Positions 49,596 through 62,542 of a stretch of DNA of 64,000 nucleotides are shown one piece after another; the first letter of the stretch is position 1, and each line of letters opens with the position of its first letter. Origin of the DNA: Camelus ferus. Taxonomy: Eukaryota. The DNA is taken from assembly GCF_009834535.1 (NCBI RefSeq), contig NC_045697.1:103294001-103358000 (forward strand), given 5' to 3'. A program made the translations under genes and the position numbers. The notes beneath the pieces are model-generated. The model ran no database searches. It was not told where the DNA came from and saw only the letters and a program-made list of their open reading frames with translations.

Positions 49596-50709
49596 CTGGG
49601 GGAATTAAGAAGATCACGTTTACTTCCAAAGCGAGCAACAAGCAAGCCCGAAGACACGCAAATGGAGCTGTGCCCACGCTTCCTCACCCCTTCCACCCGA
49701 GAACCACCTGAAAGACAGCCACGACCATAGAGCACGGCAGGAGCTGAGTCAGATCGTCCTGGCATAAGCCTGAAAGAATGCTGAGAGAGCCAAGGTAGGA
49801 ACACACCCACCTCGTCCATACGTTCATCATTCTCATAATCATTCCAGATAAGTTGAAAAGGAGGAAAGAGAAAAATGGATCTGGGAAAGAACTGGATGCA
49901 GAAACCACTAGCTTCAATGATGGGGGAAAGTGGAAAGAAGCTTGTACCCTGGTTTAAAAGAAAAAACAAAACCAGCATGATATCTCAGTATCTTTAGTTT
50001 TGTGTCGGAATTAAAGGGGCAGCCTGGCCGAGGGGGAAACATGGTTATGAGACCCAAGACAGTGAGAAGCCACTTCCTCACTTTCTAACTCCATGACCTC
50101 AAGCGACTCGCTTAGCTGGCTTGATTAAAAACGCAATTAACGTTTTTAAATTCATTAAAACATGTAAATAATACCTGCCTATTAGCTCTTAAAACAACTT
50201 CACAGAGTTGTTCTGAAGCTTCAATCATAAGAAACATGTGACCATGTTTTGAAAACAGTCAAGTACTATATAAAAATGAGATCTCACTAGCAAACACCAT
50301 CCACTTTCCTGATTTCTCAATGTGACTCTCTCCCACCCTGTGACAGCTGCCTGTTTTAGAGTCCTGGATTCGAGTCCCCAACATGCCTGCCATCCCAACA
50401 CAGGTAGTGATTAGTAATTTGTTCCCGCACTCCACTGAGTCTCCTTTCTTAATTTTCCAGTCCATCAGGTTATCTCTCCACCACTTCTGCCCTCACTGTC
50501 CCCCAGGCACCAGTCAGTTAGAACACTGCCAGCCCAGAAGCACAAGTGGGTTTTGTCACTTTTCTCCCTTTGCTCAAAATATTCCTTCTATCTGGAATGT
50601 CTTTCCCCAGAAAACTGGACTGTCCAACTCTGCCCATCCTTCAACCCTCGGCTCAAAGGATTCTTCCTCACGACTCTTCCTAGAACTCTAAGTCAGAATT
50701 CACCTCTCC

Positions 50710-51660
50710 TCATTCACTCACTCACTCACCCATTCAACAAACAATGAGGGACGACCTGCTGCCGGTCAGGCATGGTTCTAGATTGTTCTAGACTGAACAA
50801 CGTTGGCCAAAACCAAAATCCTGCCTTCTTAGAGCTTACGTTCCAGTGGAGGAAGACAGACGTTAAACAAAATGAATAAACTAGTAAATCATCTAGTAAG
50901 CCAGAGGGTGATAAGTGTTACAGAAAAAGATCCAGAGCAGGACAAGCAGAATTGCGGGTAATGCGTTAGGAAGTGAGCTTTCATTTTAAATCAGGTGGTT
51001 CAGAGTGAGGCTTCACTGACGTGGTGACATGTGAGCAAAGACCTGAAAGATTTGAACAGTTTTTCATGCAGCAGTCCCTGGGAGAGTGGCCCAGGTAAGG
51101 GGAGTGGCTGTAAGCTCAGTGATGTGGGTGGGAACTTGCCTGGCATGTCCGTGGACCAGCAAGGACACCAGTGTGGGGAGAGTGGAGTGAAAGTCAGAGA
51201 AATACTGAGAAAGAGAGAGAGGTGTGTGCTGTAAAGGAGGGAGGCTGTGCGTATCAGTAGGAGATTGCAAACTACTGAAAGGTATTTTGCATCTGGTGAA
51301 ATTGAGAACCACCGGAGGGTCCGTGACATCATATGACGTTTTCAAAGGATTGTTCAGGCTGCGTGTGCAAAAGAGAACACAGGTACAAAGGTGGGAGCAG
51401 GGAGACCAGCTCAAGGCGACTGCAGGTGGCGAGAAGTAGCCCGATCCTGTGCGTATTTTGAATGCAGAGCTAACACTCTCATTTTTTTAATACTGATTTT
51501 ATATCACTGTCAATGATCTGTCTACTATCGGCCTATCTTCTGAAAAAATAAGTGGTGGGGTTCCTTGAAGGCAGGGATTGTGTCTTATCATCTGCATATC
51601 CCACGCTGTGCCTAGCACAATGCCTGGTCCCTAGCAGAGTTCAGTAAAGGTTTAGGGATT
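50710..51660. mobile_element. L2 relics
   Basis: cattcaacaaaca...ctgccttcttagagcttacgttccagtggaggaagacagac and cctagcacaatgcctgg are L2 3'-end signatures. Confidence 0.65.
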
Positions 51661-52840
51661 GAGCCAAAATTCCCCATTGTGCCAAGCTTTGCTATATAAC
51701 ATGCTGTTTCTTTTCTGAATAGAAATAGCCAGTAATGCACAAACTACAAGCGAATGCATTGATCTTCTCCTGCTCTTTAGAGAAGAAATGTCACAAATGA
51801 CAAATTCTCTTTCACCAAGTTAAAGTTCTGCAACTCCTTCCTGAGATTCCTTATTATGTTATCAAGGAAATAGAAAATATCAAATGGAATTTGCTGGGAA
51901 AAAAAGTAGATACAACTGAATTTTCTCTGTTAAAAACAGTCTGGGTCCTTGTGACTTGCCACATTCCCTTCTTCCCACTTGATTTCAACATTTTTCATCT
52001 TCCCTGAAATCCGCGGGACCCTGAACTATTCATCTCCCCAACGGCTTCTCGTAGAGATGTGTTTTACCAAACATCAAGCAGTCAACATCAATTTCAACAA
52101 TAGGGCTAATTTTATGTTCCTTTGGCAAATCACCTTTCTTGTCTTCAGATTAAATATCTCACCCTTCAGAAAAATCACCTGGGAACTATCCTATAAATAG
52201 CAAGAGAAGTAAAAAGATGGAAAAATCACTACAGTAAGAATAGTTGAAGACCTCAATGAAAAATCTCTCCTTTGATCTTTATTACCACCCACTAAAAGAA
52301 CTAACATGGGAAAATACATGATTCCGAAGTAAATAATACTTGTAGATTATATTTTTGTCAAACTAGAGTAGCTCAAGATAGTCAAGACTGGTCTAGAACC
52401 TTGCAGTACGGGGCAATGAACAAGATACATAAAATCACAAAGAATTACAACCACATCCAGGCCCAGTCTTGTCATTTTACTGAGATGATTAAATACTCTA
52501 AAGTTACCTGGTTGGATCACAGACACACCGTTACTTACTGCTAACGCCGGAAACAAGAACCCAAATCTCTCAAAACCAGCCCAGGGCTCCTATTCAAAGC
52601 CCCTGCACTGTAAGCCAGACACCCTCCGAATGGCAGCGTCTAGAGGGTTCTGAGTAGCTGTCCTCTCACCCCCAGCCAGCCATCCTTCCACCCTCTGGAA
52701 ACAAATCTGCAAGAGAATTCTCACTGATAAGGACGTATTCACTCTTTATTTTGAGCTAAACCATTCAAAGGTAAGTATCCATTATTCCTATACTCTCCTC
52801 TCCAGTCCCTCTCTGCTGGTGTCATCAAAAGTTGATTCAA

Positions 52841-53044
52841 GGGGGCTGAGTATAGCTCAGTGGTAGAGTGTGTGCTTAGCATGCACAAGGTCCTGGGTTC
52901 AATCCCCAGTACCTCCCTTAAAATAAATAAATAAATAAATAAACCTAATTATCACCCCCCCCAAAAAAACAGAAAAAAATTAAAATAAATAAAATAAAAT
53001 AAAATAAAATAAAATAAAATAAAGCCCCATGTTTAAAAAAAAAA
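52841..53044 (+). mobile_element. tRNA-Ala-derived SINE, young and complete
   Basis: Intact A-box tagctcagtgg, AGC anticodon-like gcttagcatgc, B-box gggttcaatccc, and tail. Perfect 14-bp TSD aaaagttgattcaa at 52827-52840 and 53045-53058. Confidence 0.92.
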
Positions 53045-53468
53045 AAAAGTTGATTCAAACCCCTAAAGAATTCAGCACATCTACTGGCAAAGCCCCAAAG
53101 GCAAAGTTTAATTTCCTGCCCCTTCCACGTCCTCAGCGCTGGGGCAGGCGAGTGGTCAAAAACTGAGTAAGTTGTCGATTCAGGTTCTAACTCTACCAAG
53201 CAGGTGATAAGGAGATCCGAACATTCAGGGATGATACAAACAGCTGGTATCTACACTTAAAGCAACTTCCCCAACCTCGCCAAAACACCAGCCCAGAACA
53301 AGCAAACAAGCAAAGCATTTCTTAAACAGACCTAGCTATGCCCTCTAAAATACCTGAATATTTCTCAACCATTCCATTTCTCCATGCTTTGCAGACACAG
53401 TCACCGAGATACACTCTCTTCTGGACTGCAAGAAAACTGAAATACTTAAAGGATATTTTTAAACTCAT

Positions 53469-53600
53469 GGCAGGGGAGGGGATAGCTCAGTGATTAGAGT
53501 ACACGCTTAATGTGCAGGAGGTCCTGGGTTCAATCCCCTGTTAATATCTTATAAAAAAATTAAATATATAATCACCTATCCCCCCAAACAAACAAACAAG
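53469..53600 (+). mobile_element. tRNA-Ala-derived SINE, diverged
   Basis: gatagctcagtgattagagtacacgcttaatgtgcaggaggtcctgggttcaatcccc. TSD taaactcat at 53460-53468 and 53601-53609. Confidence 0.82.
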
Positions 53601-55899
53601 TAAACTCATAATACTCTATCAATCACTTGTCCGAAGATCTGCGACTGAAATTGAGGTTATCCAAGTAATAAACCACCGAATAATTGTAATGTATGACCTA
53701 GAAAGAACCCGAGGAGAAACATAACTGAAATTAATCTGTCATCACCTGAGGTCAAGCAAAAGGTCGGGGGTGAGGGGGTGCTCTCAGAGAAATGAATGCA
53801 AGAGAAGTGGAGACCTGTGGAGGTTCGAGAAAAATCCCTAAGAGGCTCAAACAAATACGTTTCCAGTTCATAAAACAGTGACAACAAGGATTTTCTCCCA
53901 CAAATATTAACTTTGTTTCCCTTCGGCTGGGCTGCTGTTTATTTTCACATTCAGTTTCATCCAGAAAGTGCTCCTTGGTCAGGTTTGGGGGTGTGCCCCT
54001 CCAGCAGCGTCTGCAGGACCACCCTGCCCCCAGCATCCTTTCCTACCGTATGATTAGAAAAGATTCTCTCCTCCGGATGCTCAAATAGAAGTATTCCTGC
54101 AATCTTGAGGATTCATTTGCCGGACATCACAAACTTTAGAACAAGCGAGGCTTGACTTTTGACTCTCTTTCACAATTTGAGAACACTGCACGCCCACCCG
54201 ACCCCGACCCCGGGCAGCAAGACAGCTCCGTTTCCCCGTCTGACACCAGGACGGAACGGTGGCACGGAATCATAGGACATCGCACACACCGCCCTCCCGA
54301 AATGCTCCCTGCGCATCCACGGTGGGTTTCACAGCTTTCCTATCTAAGGCTCCGGGGAAGCCGCTGAACCGCCAATGTAAATAATTCCCTTCTAGATACA
54401 TTATTTTTAACCTCCTATTTCCATTGCTAATTTTACACCAACCTATGTCTCTGATAGCCAGGTTCACACTCATTCCTGTCAATTTTACACAACAATCTGT
54501 TTTGATGTTTTTTTCCTTTAAGTCAGAAACTCAAAGAGTTAAGAAAAGAAATGGCGTAATTACAGAACGAAAGTAGGCTTTATATATTTTGTTTCCACGT
54601 GGCAAATATTTCTCTTTTGGGGAAAATAAAACAAAACCCCACGACCTAACGTATTTATTTTTATAATTCAGTTCTCAAGCAGAGAAACTGGATAACTTGA
54701 GATCCACAACTCTTGCTGTGTTTTTTTCAACGTACTTCCCTTTCAGTTTGACAGTTTTAATCAGATGCATTTAATTGGATTGATATTCCACTCAGAAGGT
54801 TCTTGTTCAGAAAGATCAGGAGTGCAGAGAAAAAAACTTTTTAAGGAGTCATCTATTAATTTTCATGCCTTTTAGCTGAGGTTAAAGCAAGCAGAGATGG
54901 AAGCCTAAAAGCCTCACTTCTAAATCTACCCACAAACCATTCCTACAAGTCTGTCCACAGGAATCTAACAAGCCAGTTTGAAAAGAACCCAGGCTTAAAT
55001 TCTCAGGACTTATCTGGAAGGAGCTGAGTCATGGTCAGTCCTCTGGCAGCCAACACCCTCTTCTTGTGACCACAGGTGTGCTCACCTGGTCCCTAACCTT
55101 ATCGTTCATTTTCACCTAAAAATCTTCCATGTTTTCCTTTTCTACTTGATACACGGCCAGAGCTAAGCAGACTGTGCATCTCTGTCAGTATTATCAGTCA
55201 TACCTGGAATACCCACCTTACATTATACAACAAACTTTTCCTCACTATTTTATACAAAAGCGGTTTGTAAAATTTGAGGGGTAGACAAAAAGATATTAGT
55301 AAAACTAGTGCTAATAATTGGTTTAATTCAACATTTACTGAGCATTTACTCTATTCAGGGAACTGTTCTCTGCAACAGGGAGCCAAGCCTCAGAGACGCA
55401 ACAGTCTTAAGATCAACAGTTTATCATCAACATGGGAGCGAGGGTTGCACAAGCCTAAGAAACACAATGACTGGTGCCATCACGCAGCAAGAGCTGTATG
55501 TGCATAAGAGAGGGAATGATTCATTCTAGTTGCGCAGGTGGCTTTGGAAATGGACCTCAAAAGATGAAGACAATTTCAACAGACGACACTGGGGCTCACT
55601 CCTCTGCAAACCATCAGACAGGAAATAGCCCAGTCGTGGAGTAAGCTAATATTCTGCTGACTTATGTTAGATAAACGGACCTCGTGAAAATGTTTTCAGA
55701 TTCTTAATTCTTCACATTTAAAAAAACACACCATCTATTGATTTGTTAAGGGCAGATCTGACCAATTACCTTACCATGCTCAGTAGTTTTGAAATCAAAC
55801 CATTTGATTATACATACCCAAGGCAGGACCGTGAGTCAGTCACTTTTGTATTTCTGCTGGAAGCCCTGCCCATAGTAGGGGTAGTAGGGCTCCTGTGGT

Positions 55900-56270
55900 T
55901 GTAAATGACAGCCACAGTAAGTCACGTTCTTGGTCTCTGTATCAGCCGCAGAGAGGGACCCGATGTTCCCAGCTAGCATCAGAGAAGGTGTGGGAGCACC
56001 ATCAGGGCTCCCTCTCATTTGCCTCTAGTCTCTTCTCAGAGGTTAGCCTCCTTCTCTCAGGCCACCTTTCCCAGGAGGCGGGAAGCCTAGCTGCATGGGT
56101 CCTTGTTTAAACTCTCAGTGAGGGACCAGGTGAGTGGTCTTTCCTCCTCTGATTGGCTGGCTGGAGGTCACGTTCCACTCCCTGAACCTATCCCTGATGC
56201 CGGAGGGCGGGCTCTATGATTGGCTCAAAGTGGGTCACGGAAGAAAGGAGAGGGAAGAGGCACCAGGAGG
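55900..56270. mobile_element. Old MaLR LTR fragment (MLT1J/K/L-like)
   Basis: The paired ctctgattggct...ggtcacg...ccctgaacc...tgattggct...ggtcacg motif is typical of old MLT1 LTRs. Confidence 0.55.
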
Positions 56271-56979
56271 ACAAAAGCAATGACCTCTATAATGTTTAAT
56301 AAAGGTTTAATATGCTGCACATCAGGCTGTTCAGAACCAATTTTATGATTCTGAGCATAAAACATATCCTCATTTAGGCTAGTTTACCTGCCAATTTTTT
56401 AACCGTCCCTTTGTGGCCTGAAAGCCTCAGCACATTCCCCTACACCGGTTCAGAGAAAATGAAGAGACTTCCCAGGGGTTCAGGGCTCCAAGTCTAAAGT
56501 CTGAGTGACACGTGCAGGCTGGCAAATGGCTCCGCAGGACCAAGCCTCAAAGATCACTGTCACCAAACATCGATGCCCAGGGCACCCAACCACTGTCAGC
56601 GCAGCCAGGAAGAAAATCTAAGAACTGCTAGTTATTTTCAACAGCCAGGGTGGAAAAGACAACCAGATCCCTGTCACCAGTCCAGCTAGGGAAAAGGTGC
56701 CGTGAGGGCATGGGGAAATGAGAGGAAGTCTGGAGAGGATAAGAGTCCGCAGACGGAGATAGCAGGATGGCCTCCTGGTCAAGATGAGCATTTTGCACAT
56801 AGCAATGCTTGCAAATGTTGTTCAGAGTGTCCATGAGTAACACAAATTAACACATCGCCCCTCATCTTCAAACTGAGTTCCACACAGTATCTAAGCCAGT
56901 TTCAATAGCCTCATATAAAGTTGCCCGATCTTCCAGGGACTGACGAAGGAACCACCTACCGAAGCTTCTCCATTACGCT

Positions 56980-57655
56980 GCCCATCTCAACATGAATGGC
57001 AACTCCTCCATCCCCACAACTGCTTAGACCAAAACCCGCAGCCCTCCACACTCCTCATCTAATTCATCTGTGGATTCTTTTGGTTCTGGCTTCAACATAC
57101 ATCCCAAATCTTACCACTTTTCACCATTTCTACCACCACCACCCTCGTATACAGCACTGCATCCTTGCCTGGACTATGGCAATAGCCTTCCAACTGGTCG
57201 CCTTACTTCCAATTCTTGCCCCACTACTCAGCCAGTAGCCAGAATAAGCTTTTAAAAAAATTATGTCCAATTCCACTACTCCCATCCCCAAAGCCTCCAC
57301 AATGGCTGCTCATGTTTCTTGGTATAAATCCAAAACCTTTACCTTGACCTCAAGAGCCTACATAATCTGTATCCCTCTGATCTCATCTCCTATTGCTCTG
57401 CCTTGCTAATAAGGTAGGCTCCTGCCTCAGAGCCTTTGCACTTGCTGTTCCTTTTGCCTGAAATCTCCCCCACCCCCTAAATAGCCACATAGATGACTCC
57501 CTTACCTCCTCAGGTCTCCTCCCAGACATTACTGTTTATTAGAATAGAAGCTCCATGAGAGAGAGAGGACTCTGTTTCACTTGCTGCTGTATCTTCTGCA
57601 TTTAGAATGGTACCCAGCACCGAGCAGGTGCTCACGTATTTGTCACATGCATGAA
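56980..57655. mobile_element. L2 relic
   Basis: cttgcctggactatggcaatagccttccaactggtc...agcctttgcacttgctgttcc...aagctccatgag...cccagcaccgagcaggtgctca. Confidence 0.7.
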
Positions 57656-59162
57656 CGAGAAAGAAGAATGGGCTACCGAAAGGTAGCCCTTGTCAGTACT
57701 AGAAATGAGAACCGTTTTCAAAATTACAAGTGACAGTTCTGTTTTCCTCATGTGACTCAAACATGGGATACGGAAGAGCCTGTTTGGCAAACTTTTCCAC
57801 CAGAGCCTCCTCGGGGACCAAGAAAAGACATCAGCACCCTACGGAAACAGGGGTCCTGAAGCCGAAGCCCCTCCAGGAAGCCCCGAATTTCTTGGAGTTG
57901 TGGCTTAACATTTCAATGGAATTCTGCGCTCCACTCTGTACTGGGGCTGTGCTTGTCCTTAATAACGTGGGAGTGTTTCTCACAAACCAGCCAGGGACAT
58001 TGATTCTCCTGGAAGGGGCACCAGGTCTCTCTGGACACCCACCTGCTCTGGAGAGACATGTACCCTATTTGGAGAAGCAAGGAAGTATGAGAAGTATTCA
58101 GAACAGCGTCAAGAGCTCAACGGCAGGGTGGCTGTCATTGTTACTGCGGTAACTCCCAGAAAACAGACAGCACTCGTCCTGTGACCCCCACCTCAGAGAG
58201 GAAAGTGAAACCCCAGAAGGGGACTTGCCAGGATGACACAGCGGGCCTGCAGGACAAGAACTACACCTGTATTTGTTGAGTTTGAATGTTGTTATAGGCA
58301 TTATCTTAGAGACAGAAAAGCCTAGGAGATGTAGGTCATATGTCAAGTCATTTAGGCAGAGGCCTAGAGAGGGCTGGTGATTTGTCCAAGGTCCTACATA
58401 GATTCACAGAACAGACAGGACTTGAGCTCAGATGTCCCAACCCAAAGGCCAGTACTTAGTCATCAAGTGAAGGAATAAATCCTAGAACGAGGCCTAGAAC
58501 ATGGTGGGCTCCCAGTAAACGCTTGTTGAATGAATGGACAACCCTGCCTACAGCCCTGAAAGTATCCCTGGCACTATGGTAGGTGTTTTAATATTCATCG
58601 GTACATTTGAGCCTTACACAAATACTACATGGTAGACTGAACCCGCTTCACTTTACAGACCAGGAAACCAAGGTTCCAAAAGGCTCACTCAATACACACA
58701 CTTAGTGACAGAGCGAGGTTCAAACCCAAGCCTTTGGGAACACCTGATGGAACACGAGTAGCTTGAAAAAAAACTCATTTTTCAGGTAATCAAAAAGTCC
58801 CAAAGTACCTTCACGTAGTCAACATTTTTAAATGTTATTCTGATGGGATTTTCAACAGCACACACACTCAGACATGATGTGTGAAACATGATTATTATGT
58901 TGTAACGTGATTATTATGTTCTGAGGTGTGTCTCAGCAGTCACAGGGACTTCTTCAGCAGCCCGCCCTCATATTAAGTGGCCCCAAGCAATGGTGTTCTA
59001 AGACACGCTTCCTACTTTAATAGTCCTTCTGAATTCCTTTGTTCTCTATAATGCCCTACGTAGAGACCCGTCTCCTAAATTTGTGGCTTCTTGTCTGCCG
59101 TGGCTGAGATTACAGTCATCAGGCTTATTAAAACTGCGTGCAAACTAAGGGTGAAAACCTAG

Positions 59163-59696
59163 TGTTGTAAGTTGAATCATATCCCCTCAAAGACACTGAA
59201 GTCCAACCTCCAGTACCAGTGAATGCGACTGATTTTGGAAATAGGATCTCTGTAGGTGGTCAAGTTGAGATGAGGTCACTAGGGTGGACCCTCATCCAGT
59301 ACGACTGATGTTCTTATAAAAAGAGGAAGTTTGCACACAGAGACAGACAAGCACAGAACCAAGGCCCTGTGAAGACTGGTCATGCTGCCACAAGCCAAGG
59401 AACTCCAGAAGCTGGGAGACAGATCCTTCCCTCGCATCTTCAGAAGGATGTGGCCCTGCTGACGCCTTGACCTTAGACTTTTGACCTCTGGAACAGTGAG
59501 ATAACACATTTCTGCCATTTGACTGTCTTTTGAATCAAAGGAATACAATATCTATTTGCTTTGTCTGTATTAAATTATTGTCTATAATTGTTACATGATC
59601 TTATTGGTTAAAAATAATTATTAAAAAAAATTTTCCAGTCACTGAAGCCATCCAATTTGTGGTACTTTGTAATGGCAGCTCCAGAAAATGAATACA
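59163..59696 (+). mobile_element. MaLR solo LTR (MLT1B/C-like), interrupted at about 59520-59640
   Basis: TG...CA ends; ttttggaaataggatctctgtag...gatgaggtca...; ggccctgctgacgccttgaccttagacttttgacctctggaacagtgaga; aagccatccaatttgtggtactttgtaatggcagc...aataca. Confidence 0.85.
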
Positions 59697-59946
59697 ATTA
59701 AGTTTGAATGGAGGCCTGGGACTTTTTTCTGGGTCTGTTCACCTCTGGATTCCAAACCATAGCCTTCGTTGGTATGCTAGTTTTTGTATGAGCTGGGTTT
59801 TAACTGCACAAAACCAACCACCTTGCCACTCAATGTGAATGCCTCGGAGGCTGCAGAGATTATAAACAGACAAAAAGATTACGTTCACCTCTCTCTAAAC
59901 TTTAGCCAAATTTCTTTCAAATGAAATATTTTGAAAACGACATTAC

Positions 59947-60285
59947 AGACTCATAGACATAGAAAACAAACTTAAGGTTACCAGAGGGAAAGGGGGCGGG
60001 AAGGGATAAATTGGGAGTTTGAGATTTGCAAATACTAACTACCGCATATAAAATAAACAAGTTTCTTCTGTATAACATATGGAACTATTTTCAGTACTTG
60101 CAGTAACCTATAATGAAAAAGAATATGAAAAGGAATATATGTATGTTTATGTATGACTGAAACATTATGCTGTACTCCAGAAATTGACACAACATTGTAA
60201 ACTGACTATGCTTCAATTAAAAAACATTTTTAATAAATTTAAAAAAACATTAACGTATCAAAATTTAAAAAAAAAACAAAACAGG
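59947..60285 (+). mobile_element. 5'-truncated L1 3' UTR
   Basis: agactcatagacatagaaaacaaactt...gacacaacattgtaaactgactatgcttcaat. TSD gaaaa(c/a)gacattac at 59933-59946 and 60286-60299. Confidence 0.87.
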
Positions 60286-62348
60286 GAAAAAGACATTACG
60301 CACAAGAAGTCTTCTATTACTAAAGCAACTTAGAAATCTCCAAACCAAAAAAACATACTCATCACCACATATGTTGTGGCAAATTAATAAGAAAGGGATA
60401 GTTGAAAATATAACATGAATCTACTGGCCAAAAGGCCACCCTGGAAACCAAAATAGTCCTGCCTAGTCCACGGATTGATTCCTTGCTGTGTCACTCTCGC
60501 ATGCACCTCCGAGTTACAAAAAGCATATAGAATCTGTCCCCTCAAGCAATCAGAAGTAAATTTACCATGGCTACCATGGCGTTATCAGAAAAATTGTCCG
60601 CTAAGGCTGATAAATTGGTCGATTATCTGCTTCCTTGACTTTTATTTCCTCTTGTATAAATGTTTTCATCCCAATATTACCAATACCTGTTCTAAGATGA
60701 ACGATAAATTACCAAACTACTGGAATCACCAGGAAATTCTTAATAGATCAAAAAAGAACTTAACAACACCAACAAAAAGCCATAACGACATAATAACGCA
60801 CTCTGTAGCCTAAGAACTGCACTCGGTAGAGAGATAAATGGCTACTTAGTAAAATCTTAGCTTATACATAAAATGATACATTTCTTTGTGGGCACATTTA
60901 CCAAGTGTTGACATCACACACCTTGGAATGAAACATACCACGGTCATAATCATTCTCATTCTGCCTGCCAATAGAAAAGTTCACACAGTAAGTCCCTTAT
61001 TTACTAAAAATATTTGTCTATCCAGAAGGAAAAGAGCCTTGGGGGATAAGAGATTTAGCAAAGGAGAGGAGATGAAATTGCTTTTTATTTAGTGATTAAA
61101 TACATGTAAAACAAAAGCTGCTTTCTCTGCAGCTCCCACCACCTCCTCCCCTACACATACACACACTCACAAAAGGATGTTGGTGCTCTGGAATTGTGTG
61201 AGCATATTTCTTTGGGTTATGCATGAGAATCCATGACACCAAAGGACACTGATTACAAGGACAACCCTAACTCAAAGTCAACTTTAAACACTGATTTAGG
61301 CCAACCGTTTTAACCTTTACTCTGCCCAGGCTTTGTGCCAGGGCTGCTATCAAGCAGTCAAATGTACTCTTATTTGTTATCTCCCTTTCTTTTCCCTGCC
61401 TACCTTCTGGCACACACACACGAAGTCAATGACAGAAGGCCAGAAGACAGTGAAAACAACAAAACCCATATGCAACCAACAAACTTGGGCAATCCCAAGG
61501 GCCAGGATACCCTTTAGCTAAATTAACAGCCCCTTAACAACTCAGAGTCCACTGGTTTTGTCCACCTAATTCTCTTCGAAGAATTTCAGGGGTGATTTCC
61601 TTTCTTCCTGGACTTTGTGGAGGCATGCCCCTTGCAGTTTCACCAAGAAAACTGCTAAATCTTTCACTTGAAAGAAACCTGGCACTGTTTTCTAGTCGTC
61701 TGTCACCATGAGCAACACTCCAGAGGAGACAACACTCATTCCACTTCCCAACAAAGCTCATTGCTTCTGGAAATGCATCACATGGCAAGGATGAGGTCAG
61801 GGACTATGTCTACTGCTAATTCAGATGAAGGGTCAACCCCAAAGTAAATGCTCAACAATAAAAAAATCCCTCTGACATGCATATAGGTGGCCCCAAAGAG
61901 ACCACGGCCATTTCCTGGGAGTGACCTCTTACATTATTCGAGAGTAACTTCTTACACTGTTCCTATGTCAGTTCCTCTTGTTCTTAACCTTCTGGGCGGG
62001 AGGAGTCAAATAAATTGGGGATCTATAAAATTCTGTATTTGAATAAGCACACCACTTCCCTTTCATCATATAGAACTCAGAACTGTCTGCAGCTCACAAG
62101 CTGCAATATTCTCCCACTATTATAAGAACTGAGTAAACTAGCTTATCTTCCACCAAAAACTGGTATTTGAAAAAGGAGGCTGGAAAAGTACAGGGCAATT
62201 TAAAGCTTTCCTTTGAAAAGCTTTTTGATATAAATATTCTCAACTGCTCAGGCTTTGTTTTCAATCTACATGTTTTGAAGTGACTTAGAGAAAGCCAGAT
62301 CCTTTTGGTATTTCCACGCTAACGTCAACGGCAGCGAATCCTGTAAAG

Positions 62349-62542
62349 CACGGTCGGCAGTCTTATTCTGTGAACGGCCAGACAGTAAATATTTTAGGCT
62401 TTGTGGTGCACAGACGGTCTCTGTCCCATATTCTTTGTTTTCTGTTGTTGCTGTTGCTTTTTTAAACAACCCTTTAAAAATGTGAAAACCATTCTTAGCT
62501 TAAGGGGCTACACAAAAACAGGCCAGAGTTTGCTGACCCTTG
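62349..62542. mobile_element. MER58-like hAT-Charlie MITE
   Basis: cacggtcggca...ggccagacagtaaatattttaggctttgtgg...ggccagagtttgctgacccttg. Confidence 0.75.

Noticed and set aside
49596..49677. Apparent N-terminus MGTAPFACLRACLLLALEV... of the 403-aa ORF, resembling a signal peptide
   Set aside because: It is intronic read-through upstream of a clear acceptor (cccccag at 49596). The true start exon lies outside the window.
52841..52920. tRNA-Ala(AGC) gene (also the copies at 2166, 5155, 6539, 9446, 53469)
   Set aside because: Shared non-tRNA A-rich tails, TSDs and imperfect acceptor stems identify them as tRNA-derived SINEs.
58885..58922. 19-bp tandem duplication aac(a/g)tgattattatgtt(g/c)t
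   Set aside because: An ordinary two-copy slippage duplication.
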